DNA of 64,000 nt from Eledone cirrhosa (taxonomy: Eukaryota). Of this stretch, positions 12,301 to 25,849 are shown one piece after another. Where the stretch lies: the NCBI GenBank assembly GCA_964016885.1, contig OZ024741.1:211110001-211174000 (forward strand), given 5' to 3'. Within the stretch, counting starts at the first letter, position 1; every line of letters starts with the position of its first letter. Both the position numbers and the translations under genes were made by a program. The notes beneath the pieces were generated by a model, which saw nothing but the letters and a program-made list of their open reading frames with translations, did not search any database and was not told the origin of the DNA.

Positions 12301-15300
12301 CAGTCCACTGTCTTAGCCTCAGTCCACCTATCTCAGTCTCAGTCCACTGTCTCAGCCACAGTCCACTGTCTCTATCTCGGTCCACCTATCTCAGCCACAG
12401 TCCACTGTCTCAGCCACAGTCCACTGTCTCAGCCACAGTCCACTGTCTCAGCTACAGTCCACTGTCTCAGCCACAGTCCACTTATCTCAGCCTCAGTCCA
12501 CTGTCTCAGTCTCAGTCCACCTATCTCAGCGACAGTCCACTTATCTCAGCCACAGTCCACTGTCTCAGCCTCAGTCCACTGTCTCAGCCACAGTCCACTT
12601 ATCTCAGTCTCAGTCCACTGTCTCAGCCACAGTCCACTGTCTCATCCTCAGTCCACCTATCTCAGCCACAGTCCACAGTCTCAGCCTCAGTCCACCTACC
12701 TCAGCCTCAGTCCACCTATCTCAGCCACAGTCCACGTATCTCAGCCACAGTCCACTGTCTCAGCCACAGTCCACTGTCTCAGCCACAGTCCACTGTCTCA
12801 GCCTCAGTCCACTGTCTCAGCCACAGTCCACCTATCTCAGCCACAGTCCACTGTCTCAGCCTCAGTCCACTGTCTCAGCCACAGTCCACATATCTCAGCC
12901 ACAGTCCACTGTCTCAGCCACAGTCCACCGTCTCAGCCACAGTCCACTGTCTCAGCCTCAGTCCACTGTCTCAGTCTCAGTCCACCTATCTCAGCCACAC
13001 TCCACTGTCTCAGCCTCAGTCCACCTATCTCAGCCACAGTCCACTGTCTCAGCCACAGTCCACTGTCTCAGCCACAGTCCACTGTCTCAGCCTCAGTCCA
13101 CTGTCTCAGTCTCAGTCCACCTATCTCAGCCACAGTCCACTGTCTCAGCCACAGTCCACTGTCTCAGCATCAGTCCACCTATCTCAGCCTCAGTCCACTG
13201 TCTCAGTCTCAGTCCACCTATCTCAGCCACAGTCCACCTATCTCAGCCACAGTCCACTGTCTCAGCCGCAGTCCACTGTCTCAGCCACAGTCCACTGTCT
13301 CAGCATCAGTCCACCTATCTCAGCCTCAGTCCACTGTCTCAGTCTCAGTCCACCTATCTCAGCCACAGTCCACCTATCTCAGCCACAGTCCACTGTCTCA
13401 GCCACAATCCACCTATCTCAGTCTCAGTCCACTGTCTCAGCCACAGTCCACTGTCTCAGTCTCAGTCCACCTATCTCAGCCACAGTCCGCTGTCTCAGCC
13501 TCAGTCCACTGTCTCAGCCACAGTCCACTGTCTCAGCATCAGTCCACCTACCTCAGCCTCAGTCCACTGTCTCAGTCTCAGTCCACCTATCTCAGCCACA
13601 GTCCACTGTCTCAGCCTCAGTCCACTGTCTCAGCCACAGTCCACTGTCTCAGCATCAGTCCACCTACCTCAGCCTCAGTCCACTGTCTCAGCCACAGTCC
13701 ACTTATCTCAGCCAGAGTCCACTGTCTCAGCCACAGTCCACTGTCTCAGTCTCAGTCCACCTATCTCAGTCTCAGTCCACCTATCTCAGTCTCAGTCCAC
13801 TGTCTCAGCCACAGTCCACTGTCTCAGCCTCAGTCCACCTATCTCAGCCTCAGTCCACTGTCTCAGCCACAGTCCACTTATCTCAGCCTCAGTCCACTGT
13901 CTCAGTCTCAGTCCACCTACCTCAGACACAGTCCACCGTCTCAGCCACAGTCCACTGTCTCAGCCTCAGTCCACCTATCTCAGCCTCAGTCCACCTATCT
14001 CAGCCTCAGTCCACCGTCTCAGCCACAGTCCACTGTCTCAGCCTCAGTCCACCTATCTCAGTCTCAGTCCACTGTCTCAGCCACAGTCCACTGTCTCAGT
14101 CTCAGTCCACTGTCTCAGCCTCAGTCCACTGTCTCAGTCTCAGTCCACCTATCTCAGCCACAGTCCACTGTCTCAGCCTCAGTCCACCTACCTCAGCCTC
14201 AGTCCACTGTCTCAGCCACAGTCCACTTATCTCAGCCAGAGTCCACTGTCTCAGCCACAGTCCACTGTCTCAGTCTCAGTCCACCTATCTCAGTCTCAGT
14301 CCACCTATCTCAGTCTCAGTCCACTGTCTCAGCCACAGTCCACTGTCTCAGCATCAGTCCACCTATCTCAGCCTCAGTCCACTGTCTCAGTCTCAGTCCA
14401 CCTATCTCAGCCACAGTCCACCTATCTCAGCCACAGTCCACTGTCTCAGCCGCAGTCCACTGTCTCAGCCACAGTCCACTGTCTCAGCATCAGTCCACCT
14501 ATCTCAGCCTCAGTCCACTGTCTCAGTCTCAGTCCACCTATCTCAGCCACAGTCCACCTATCTCAGCCACAGTCCACTGTCTCAGCCACAATCCACCTAT
14601 CTCAGTCTCAGTCCACTGTCTCAGCCACAGTCCACTGTCTCAGTCTCAGTCCACCTATCTCAGCCACAGTCCACTGTCTCAGCCTCAGTCCACTGTCTCA
14701 GCCACAGTCCACTGTCTCAGCATCAGTCCACCTACCTCAGCCTCAGTCCACTGTCTCAGTCTCAGTCCACCTATCTCAGCCACAGTCCACCTATCTCAGC
14801 CACAGTCCACTGTCTCAGCCACAGTCCACTGTCTCAGCCTCAGTTCACCTATCTCAGTCTCAGTCCACTGTCTCAGCCACAGTCCACTTATCTCAGCCAG
14901 AGTCCACTGTCTCAGCCACAGTCCACTGTCTCAGTCTCAGTCCACCTATCTCAGTCTCAGTCCACCTATCTCAGTCTCAGTCCACTGTCTCAGCCACAGT
15001 CCACTGTCTCAGCCTCAGTCCACCTATCTCAGCCTCAGTCCACTGTCTCAGCCACAGTCCACTTATCTCAGCCTCAGTCCACTGTCTCAGTCTCAGTCCA
15101 CCTACCTCAGACACAGTCCACCGTCTCAGCCACAGTCCACTGTCTCAGCCTCAGTCCACCTATCTCAGCCTCAGTCCACCTATCTCAGCCTCAGTCCACC
15201 GTCTCAGCCACAGTCCACTGTCTCAGCCTCAGTCCACCTATCTCAGTCTCAGTCCACTGTCTCAGCCACAGTCCACTGTCTCAGCCTCAGTCCACTGTCT

Positions 15301-18300
15301 CAGCCTCAGCCCACTGTCTCAGTCTCAGTCCACCTATCTCAGTCTCAGTCCACCTATCTCAGCCACAGTCCACTGCCTCAGCCACAGTCCACTGTCTCAG
15401 TCTCAGTCCACCTATCTCAGTCTCAGGCCACTGTCTCAGCCACAGTCCACTGTCTCAGCCTCAGTCCACTGTCTCAGCCTCAGTCCACCTATCTCAACCA
15501 CAGTCCACTGTCTCAGCCACAGTCCACTGTCTCTGCCTCAGTCCACTGTCTCAGCCACAGTCCACTTATCTCAGTCTCAGTCCACTGTCTCAGCCACAGT
15601 CCACTGTCTCAGTCTCAGTCCACTGTCTCAACCACAGTCCACTGTCTCAGCCACAGTCCACTGTCTCGGCCTCAGTCCACTCTCTCAGCCACAGTCCACT
15701 TATCTCAGTCTCAGTCCACTGTCTCAGCCACAGTCCACTGTCTCAGCCTCAGTCCACCTATCTCAGCCACAGTCCACTTATCTCAGTCTCAGTCCACTGT
15801 CTCATCCTCAGTCAACCTATCTCAGCCACAGTCCACTGTCTCAGGCTCAGTCCACCTATCTCAGTCTCAGTCCACCTATCTCAGCTTCAGTCCACCTATC
15901 TCAGCCACAATCCACCTATCTCAGCCTCAGTCCACTGTCTCAGTCTCAGTCCACTGTCTCAGCCACAGTCCACTGTCTCAGCCACAGTCCACCTATCTCA
16001 GCCTCAGTCCACTGTCTCAGTCTCAGTCCACTGTCTCAGCCACAGTCCACCTATCTCAGCCACAGTCCACCTATCTCAGCCACAGACCACTAATCTCAGT
16101 CTCAGTCCACCTATCTCAGTCTCAGTCCACTGTCTCAGCCTCAGTCCACCTATCTCAGTCACAGTCCACCTATCTCAGTCTCAGTCCACTGTCTCAGCCA
16201 CAGACCACTTATCTCAGTCTCAGTCCACCTATCTCAGTCTCAGTCCACCTATCTCAGCCTCAGTCCACCTATCTCAGCCACAGTCCACCTATCTCAGCCA
16301 CAGTCCACTGTCTCATCCTCAGTCAACCTATCTCAGCCACAGTCCACAGTCTCAGCCTCAGTCCACCTATGTCAGCCACAGTCTCACTGTCTCAGCCTCA
16401 GTCCACTCTCTCAACCACAGTCCACTTATCTCAGTCTCAGTCCACTGTCTCAGCCACAGTCCACTGTCTCAGCCTCAGTCCACTGTCTCAGCCTCAGTCC
16501 ACCTATCTCAGCCACAGTCCACCTATCTCAGCCACAGTCCACTGTCTCAGCCTCAGTCCACCTATCTCAGCCACAGTCCACCTATCTCAGTCTCAGTCCA
16601 CCTACCTCAGCCACAGTCCACTGTCTCAGCCTCAGTCCACTGTCTTAGCCTCAGTCCACCTATCTCAGTCTCAGTCCACTGTCTCAGCCACAGTCCACTG
16701 TCTCTATCTCGGTCCACCTATCTCAGCCACAGTCCACTGTCTCAGCCACAGTCCACTGTCTCAGCCACAGTCCACTGTCTCAGCTACAGTCCACTGTCTC
16801 AGCCACAGTCCACTGTCTCAGCCTCAGTCCACTGTCTCAGCCACAGTCCACTTATCTCAGCCTCAGTCCACTGTCTCAGTCTCAGTCCACCTATCTCAGC
16901 GACAGTCCACTTATCTCAGCCACAGTCCACTGTCTCAGCCTCAGTCCACTGTCTCAGCCACAGTCCACTTATCTCAGTCTCAGTCCACTGTCTCAGCCAC
17001 AGTCCACTGTCTCATCCTCAGTCCACCTATCTCAGCCACAGTCCACAGTCTCAGCCTCAGTCCACCTACCTCAGCCTCAGTCCACCTATCTCAGCCACAG
17101 TCCACGTATCTCAGCCACAGTCCACTGTCTCAGCCACAGTCCACTGTCTCAGCCACAGTCCACTGTCTCAGCCTCAGTCCACTGTCTCAGCCACAGTCCA
17201 CCTATCTCAGCCACAGTCCACTGTCTCAGCCTCAGTCCACTGTCTCAGCCACAGTCCACATATCTCAGCCACAGTCCACTGTCTCAGCCACAGTCCACCG
17301 TCTCAGCCACAGTCCACTGTCTCAGCCTCAGTCCACTGTCTCAGTCTCAGTCCACCTATCTCAGCCACACTCCACTGTCTCAGCCTCAGTCCACCTATCT
17401 CAGCCACAGTCCACTGTCTCAGCCACAGTCCACTGTCTCAGCCACAGTCCACTGTCTCAGCCTCAGTCCACTGTCTCAGTCTCAGTCCACCTATCTCAGC
17501 CACAGTCCACTGTCTCAGCCACAGTCCACTGTCTCAGCATCAGTCCACCTATCTCAGCCTCAGTCCACTGTCTCAGTCTCAGTCCACCTATCTCAGCCAC
17601 AGTCCACCTATCTCAGCCACAGTCCACTGTCTCAGCCGCAGTCCACTGTCTCAGCCACAGTCCACTGTCTCAGCATCAGTCCACCTATCTCAGCCTCAGT
17701 CCACTGTCTCAGTCTCAGTCCACCTATCTCAGCCACAGTCCACCTATCTCAGCCACAGTCCACTGTCTCAGCCACAATCCACCTATCTCAGTCTCAGTCC
17801 ACTGTCTCAGCCACAGTCCACTGTCTCAGTCTCAGTCCACCTATCTCAGCCACAGTCCGCTGTCTCAGCCTCAGTCCACTGTCTCAGCCACAGTCCACTG
17901 TCTCAGCATCAGTCCACCTACCTCAGCCTCAGTCCACTGTCTCAGTCTCAGTCCACCTATCTCAGCCACAGTCCACTGTCTCAGCCTCAGTCCACTGTCT
18001 CAGCCACAGTCCACTGTCTCAGCATCAGTCCACCTACCTCAGCCTCAGTCCACTGTCTCAGCCACAGTCCACTTATCTCAGCCAGAGTCCACTGTCTCAG
18101 CCACAGTCCACTGTCTCAGTCTCAGTCCACCTATCTCAGTCTCAGTCCACCTATCTCAGTCTCAGTCCACTGTCTCAGCCACAGTCCACTGTCTCAGCCT
18201 CAGTCCACCTATCTCAGCCTCAGTCCACTGTCTCAGCCACAGTCCACTTATCTCAGCCTCAGTCCACTGTCTCAGTCTCAGTCCACCTACCTCAGACACA

Positions 18301-21300
18301 GTCCACCGTCTCAGCCACAGTCCACTGTCTCAGCCTCAGTCCACCTATCTCAGCCTCAGTCCACCTATCTCAGCCTCAGTCCACCGTCTCAGCCACAGTC
18401 CACTGTCTCAGCCTCAGTCCACCTATCTCAGTCTCAGTCCACTGTCTCAGCCACAGTCCACTGTCTCAGTCTCAGTCCACTGTCTCAGCCTCAGTCCACT
18501 GTCTCAGTCTCAGTCCACCTATCTCAGCCACAGTCCACTGTCTCAGCCTCAGTCCACCTACCTCAGCCTCAGTCCACTGTCTCAGCCACAGTCCACTTAT
18601 CTCAGCCAGAGTCCACTGTCTCAGCCACAGTCCACTGTCTCAGTCTCAGTCCACCTATCTCAGTCTCAGTCCACCTATCTCAGTCTCAGTCCACTGTCTC
18701 AGCCACAGTCCACTGTCTCAGCATCAGTCCACCTATCTCAGCCTCAGTCCACTGTCTCAGTCTCAGTCCACCTATCTCAGCCACAGTCCACCTATCTCAG
18801 CCACAGTCCACTGTCTCAGCCGCAGTCCACTGTCTCAGCCACAGTCCACTGTCTCAGCATCAGTCCACCTATCTCAGCCTCAGTCCACTGTCTCAGTCTC
18901 AGTCCACCTATCTCAGCCACAGTCCACCTATCTCAGCCACAGTCCACTGTCTCAGCCACAATCCACCTATCTCAGTCTCAGTCCACTGTCTCAGCCACAG
19001 TCCACTGTCTCAGTCTCAGTCCACCTATCTCAGCCACAGTCCACTGTCTCAGCCTCAGTCCACTGTCTCAGCCACAGTCCACTGTCTCAGCATCAGTCCA
19101 CCTACCTCAGCCTCAGTCCACTGTCTCAGTCTCAGTCCACCTATCTCAGCCACAGTCCACCTATCTCAGCCACAGTCCACTGTCTCAGCCACAGTCCACT
19201 GTCTCAGCCTCAGTTCACCTATCTCAGTCTCAGTCCACTGTCTCAGCCACAGTCCACTTATCTCAGCCAGAGTCCACTGTCTCAGCCACAGTCCACTGTC
19301 TCAGTCTCAGTCCACCTATCTCAGTCTCAGTCCACCTATCTCAGTCTCAGTCCACTGTCTCAGCCACAGTCCACTGTCTCAGCCTCAGTCCACCTATCTC
19401 AGCCTCAGTCCACTGTCTCAGCCACAGTCCACTTATCTCAGCCTCAGTCCACTGTCTCAGTCTCAGTCCACCTACCTCAGACACAGTCCACCGTCTCAGC
19501 CACAGTCCACTGTCTCAGCCACAGTCCACTGTCTCAGTCTCAGTCCACTGTCTCAGCCTCAGTCCACTGTCTTAGCCTCAGTCCACCTATCTCAGTCTCA
19601 GTCCACTGTCTCAGCCACAGTCCACTGTCTCTATCTCGGTCCACCTATCTCAGCCACAGTCCACTGTCTCAGCCACAGTCCACTGTCTCAGCCACAGTCC
19701 ACTGTCTCAGCTACAGTCCACTGTCTCAGCCACAGTCCACTTATCTCAGCCTCAGTCCACTGTCTCAGTCTCAGTCCACCTATCTCAGCGACAGTCCACT
19801 TATCTCAGCCACAGTCCACTGTCTCAGCCTCAGTCCACTGTCTCAGCCACAGTCCACTTATCTCAGTCTCAGTCCACTGTCTCAGCCACAGTCCACTGTC
19901 TCATCCTCAGTCCACCTATCTCAGCCACAGTCCACAGTCTCAGCCTCAGTCCACCTACCTCAGCCTCAGTCCACCTATCTCAGCCACAGTCCACGTATCT
20001 CAGCCACAGTCCACTGTCTCAGCCACAGTCCACTGTCTCAGCCACAGTCCACTGTCTCAGCCTCAGTCCACTGTCTCAGCCACAGTCCACCTATCTCAGC
20101 CACAGTCCACTGTCTCAGCCTCAGTCCACTGTCTCAGCCACAGTCCACATATCTCAGCCACAGTCCACTGTCTCAGCCACAGTCCACCGTCTCAGCCACA
20201 GTCCACTGTCTCAGCCTCAGTCCACTGTCTCAGTCTCAGTCCACCTATCTCAGCCACACTCCACTGTCTCAGCCTCAGTCCACCTATCTCAGCCACAGTC
20301 CACTGTCTCAGCCACAGTCCACTGTCTCAGCCACAGTCCACTGTCTCAGCCTCAGTCCACTGTCTCAGTCTCAGTCCACCTATCTCAGCCACAGTCCACT
20401 GTCTCAGCCACAGTCCACTGTCTCAGCATCAGTCCACCTATCTCAGCCTCAGTCCACTGTCTCAGTCTCAGTCCACCTATCTCAGCCACAGTCCACCTAT
20501 CTCAGCCACAGTCCACTGTCTCAGCCGCAGTCCACTGTCTCAGCCACAGTCCACTGTCTCAGCATCAGTCCACCTATCTCAGCCTCAGTCCACTGTCTCA
20601 GTCTCAGTCCACCTATCTCAGCCACAGTCCACCTATCTCAGCCACAGTCCACTGTCTCAGCCACAATCCACCTATCTCAGTCTCAGTCCACTGTCTCAGC
20701 CACAGTCCACTGTCTCAGTCTCAGTCCACCTATCTCAGCCACAGTCCGCTGTCTCAGCCTCAGTCCACTGTCTCAGCCACAGTCCACTGTCTCAGCATCA
20801 GTCCACCTACCTCAGCCTCAGTCCACTGTCTCAGTCTCAGTCCACCTATCTCAGCCACAGTCCACTGTCTCAGCCTCAGTCCACTGTCTCAGCCACAGTC
20901 CACTGTCTCAGCATCAGTCCACCTACCTCAGCCTCAGTCCACTGTCTCAGCCACAGTCCACTTATCTCAGCCAGAGTCCACTGTCTCAGCCACAGTCCAC
21001 TGTCTCAGTCTCAGTCCACCTATCTCAGTCTCAGTCCACCTATCTCAGTCTCAGTCCACTGTCTCAGCCACAGTCCACTGTCTCAGCCTCAGTCCACCTA
21101 TCTCAGCCTCAGTCCACTGTCTCAGCCACAGTCCACTTATCTCAGCCTCAGTCCACTGTCTCAGTCTCAGTCCACCTACCTCAGACACAGTCCACCGTCT
21201 CAGCCACAGTCCACTGTCTCAGCCTCAGTCCACCTATCTCAGCCTCAGTCCACCTATCTCAGCCTCAGTCCACCGTCTCAGCCACAGTCCACTGTCTCAG

Positions 21301-23872
21301 CCTCAGTCCACCTATCTCAGTCTCAGTCCACTGTCTCAGCCACAGTCCACTGTCTCAGTCTCAGTCCACTGTCTCAGCCTCAGTCCACTGTCTCAGTCTC
21401 AGTCCACCTATCTCAGCCACAGTCCACTGTCTCAGCCTCAGTCCACCTACCTCAGCCTCAGTCCACTGTCTCAGCCACAGTCCACTTATCTCAGCCAGAG
21501 TCCACTGTCTCAGCCACAGTCCACTGTCTCAGTCTCAGTCCACCTATCTCAGTCTCAGTCCACCTATCTCAGTCTCAGTCCACTGTCTCAGCCACAGTCC
21601 ACTGTCTCAGCATCAGTCCACCTATCTCAGCCTCAGTCCACTGTCTCAGTCTCAGTCCACCTATCTCAGCCACAGTCCACCTATCTCAGCCACAGTCCAC
21701 TGTCTCAGCCGCAGTCCACTGTCTCAGCCACAGTCCACTGTCTCAGCATCAGTCCACCTATCTCAGCCTCAGTCCACTGTCTCAGTCTCAGTCCACCTAT
21801 CTCAGCCACAGTCCACCTATCTCAGCCACAGTCCACTGTCTCAGCCACAATCCACCTATCTCAGTCTCAGTCCACTGTCTCAGCCACAGTCCACTGTCTC
21901 AGTCTCAGTCCACCTATCTCAGCCACAGTCCACTGTCTCAGCCTCAGTCCACTGTCTCAGCCACAGTCCACTGTCTCAGCATCAGTCCACCTACCTCAGC
22001 CTCAGTCCACTGTCTCAGTCTCAGTCCACCTATCTCAGCCACAGTCCACCTATCTCAGCCACAGTCCACTGTCTCAGCCACAGTCCACTGTCTCAGCCTC
22101 AGTTCACCTATCTCAGTCTCAGTCCACTGTCTCAGCCACAGTCCACTTATCTCAGCCAGAGTCCACTGTCTCAGCCACAGTCCACTGTCTCAGTCTCAGT
22201 CCACCTATCTCAGTCTCAGTCCACCTATCTCAGTCTCAGTCCACTGTCTCAGCCACAGTCCACTGTCTCAGCCTCAGTCCACCTATCTCAGCCTCAGTCC
22301 ACTGTCTCAGCCACAGTCCACTTATCTCAGCCTCAGTCCACTGTCTCAGTCTCAGTCCACCTACCTCAGACACAGTCCACCGTCTCAGCCACAGTCCACT
22401 GTCTCAGCCTCAGTCCACCTATCTCAGCCTCAGTCCACCTATCTCAGCCTCAGTCCACCGTCTCAGCCACAGTCCACTGTCTCAGCCTCAATCCACCTAT
22501 CTCAGTCTCAGTCCACTGTCTCAGCCACAGTCCACTGTCTCAGCCTCAGTCCACTGTCTCAGCCTCAGCCCACTGTCTCAGTCTCAGTCCACCTATCTCA
22601 GTCTCAGTCCACCTATCTCAGCCACAGTCCACTGCCTCAGCCACAGTCCACTGTCTCAGTCTCAGTCCACCTATCTCAGTCTCAGGCCACTGTCTCAGCC
22701 ACAGTCCACTGTCTCAGCCTCAGTCCACTGTCTCAGCCTCAGTCCACCTATCTCAACCACAGTCCACTGTCTCAGCCACAGTCCACTGTCTCTGCCTCAG
22801 TCCACTGTCTCAGCCACAGTCCACTTATCTCAGTCTCAGTCCACTGTCTCAGCCACAGTCCACTGTCTCAGTCTCAGTCCACTGTCTCAACCACAGTCCA
22901 CTGTCTCAGCCACAGTCCACTGTCTCGGCCTCAGTCCACTCTCTCAGCCACAGTCCACTTATCTCAGTCTCAGTCCACTGTCTCAGCCACAGTCCACTGT
23001 CTCAGCCTCAGTCCACCTATCTCAGCCACAGTCCACTTATCTCAGTCTCAGTCCACTGTCTCATCCTCAGTCAACCTATCTCAGCCACAGTCCACTGTCT
23101 CAGGCTCAGTCCACCTATCTCAGTCTCAGTCCACCTATCTCAGCTTCAGTCCACCTATCTCAGCCACAATCCACCTATCTCAGCCTCAGTCCACTGTCTC
23201 AGTCTCAGTCCACTGTCTCAGCCACAGTCCACTGTCTCAGCCACAGTCCACCTATCTCAGCCTCAGTCCACTGTCTCAGTCTCAGTCCACTGTCTCAGCC
23301 ACAGTCCACCTATCTCAGCCACAGTCCACCTATCTCAGCCACAGACCACTAATCTCAGTCTCAGTCCACCTATCTCAGTCTCAGTCCACTGTCTCAGCCT
23401 CAGTCCACCTATCTCAGTCACAGTCCACCTATCTCAGTCTCAGTCCACTGTCTCAGCCACAGACCACTTATCTCAGTCTCAGTCCACCTATCTCAGTCTC
23501 AGTCCACCTATCTCAGCCTCAGTCCACCTATCTCAGCCACAGTCCACCTATCTCAGCCACAGTCCACTGTCTCATCCTCAGTCAACCTATCTCAGCCACA
23601 GTCCACAGTCTCAGCCTCAGTCCACCTATGTCAGCCACAGTCTCACTGTCTCAGCCTCAGTCCACTCTCTCAACCACAGTCCACTTATCTCAGTCTCAGT
23701 CCACTGTCTCAGCCACAGTCCACTGTCTCAGCCTCAGTCCACTGTCTCAGCCTCAGTCCACCTATCTCAGCCACAGTCCACCTATCTCAGCCACAGTCCA
23801 CTGTCTCAGCCTCAGTCCACCTATCTCAGCCACAGTCCACCTATCTCAGTCTCAGTCCACCTACCTCAGCCT
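9355..23872. repeat. Tandem duplication, period 7,259 bp (copies ~9355-16613 and ~16614-23872)
   Basis: Markers offset by 7259: CTCTATCTCGG 9443/16702 and 12370/19629; the ATG of CCTATGTCAG 16369/23628. CAGGCCAC and CACTAATC markers are also shared. Confidence 0.92.
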
Positions 23873-25849
23873 CAGTCCACCTATCTCAGCCACAGTCCAC
23901 GTATCTCAGCCACAGTCCACTATCTCAGCCTCAGTCCACTGTATCAGTCTCAGTCCGCAGTCTCAGCCACAGTCCACTGTCTCAGCCACAGTCCACCTAT
24001 CTCAGCCACAGTCCACTGTCTCAGCCTCAGTCCACCTATCTCAGCCACAGTCCACCTATCTCAGCCACAGTCCACTGTCTCAGCCTCAGTCCACCTATCT
24101 CAGCCACAGTCCACCTATCTCAGCCACAGTCCACTGTCTCAGCCACAGTCCATTGTCTCAGCCTCAGTCCGCTGTCTCAGCCTCAGTACACCTATCTCAG
24201 CCACAGTCCACTGTCTCAGCCTCAGTCCACCTATCTCAGCCACAGTCCACCTATCTCAGCCACAGTCCACTGTCTCAGCCACAGTCCACTGTCTCAGCCT
24301 CAGTCCACTGTCTCAGCCTCAGTCCACCTATCTCAGCCACAGTCCACTGTCTCAGCCACAGTCCACTGTCTCAGCCTCAGTTCACTGTCTCAGCCACAGT
24401 CCACTGTCTCAGCTACAGTCCACTGTCTGAGCCACAGTCCATTGTCTCAGCCTCAGTCCACTGTCTCAGCCTCACTACACCTATCTCAGCCACAGTCCAC
24501 TGTCTCAGCCTCAGTCCACCTATCTCAGCCACAGTCCACCTATCTCAGCCACAGTCCACTGTCTCAGCCACAGTCCATTGTCTCAGCCTCAGTCCACTGT
24601 CTCATCCTCAGTACACCTATCTCAGCCACAGTCCACTGTCTCAGCCTCAGTCCACCTATCTCAGCCACAGTCCACCTATCTCAGCCACAGTCCACTGTCT
24701 CAGCCACAGTCCATTGTCTCAGCCTCAGTCCACCGTCTCAGCCTCAGTACACCTATCTCAGCCACAGTCCACTGTCTCAGCCACAATCCACCTATCTCAG
24801 CCAGAGTCCACCGTCTCAGCCACAGTCCACTGTCTCAGCCACAGTCCACTGTCTCAGTCTCAGTCCACTGTCTCAGCCTCAGTCCACTGTCTTAGCCTCA
24901 GTCCACCTATCTCAGCCTCAGTCCACTGTCTCAGCCACAGTCCACTGTCTCTATCTCGGTCCACCTATCTCAGCCACAGTCCACTGTCTCAGCCACAGTC
25001 CACTGTCTCAGCCACAGTCCACTGTCTCAGCTACAGTCCACTGTCTCAGCCACAGTCCACTGTCTCAGCCTCAGTCCACTGTCTCAGCCACAGTTCACTT
25101 ATCTCAGCCTCAGTCCACTGTCTCAGTCTCAGTCCACCTATCTCAGCGACAGTCCACTTATCTCAGCCACAGTCCACTGTCTCAGCCTCAGTCCACTGTC
25201 TCAGCCACAGTCCACTTATCTCAGTCTCAGTCCACTGTCTCAGCCACAGTCCACTGTCTCATCCTCAGTCCACCTATCTCAGCCACAGTCCACAGTCTCA
25301 GCCTCAGTCCACCTACCTCAGCCTCAGTCCACCTATCTCAGCCACAGTCCACGTATCTCAGCCACAGTCCACTGTCTCAGCCACAGTCCACTGTCTCAGC
25401 CACAGTCCACTGTCTCAGCCTCAGTCCACTGTCTCAGCCACAGTCCACCTATCTCAGCCACAGTCCACTGTCTCAGCCTCAGTCCACTGTCTCAGCCACA
25501 GTCCACCTATCTCAGCCACAGTCCACTGTCTCAGCCACAGTCCACCGTCTCAGCCACAGTCCACTGTCTCAGCCTCAGTCCACTGTCTCAGTCTCAGTCC
25601 ACCTATCTCAGCCACAGTCCACTGTCTCAGCCTCAGTCCACCTATCTCAGCCACAGTCCACTGTCTCAGCCACAGTCTACTGTCTCAGCCACAGTCCACT
25701 GTCTCAGCCTCAGTCCACTGTCTCAGTCTCAGTCCACCTATCTCAGCCACAGTCCACTGTCTCAGCCACAGTCCACTGTCTCAGCATCAGTCCACCTATC
25801 TCAGCCTCAGTCCACTGTCTCAGTCTCAGTCCACCTATCTCAGCCACAG

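Noticed and set aside
8122-19575. 3,817-aa ORF and the other long ORFs as real mucin- or adhesin-like genes
   Set aside because: The repeat units are not multiples of 3, and all three + frames are open and overlap. Starts are sporadic variant ATG/TTG inside monomers. There is no signal peptide, unique domain or non-repetitive flank.
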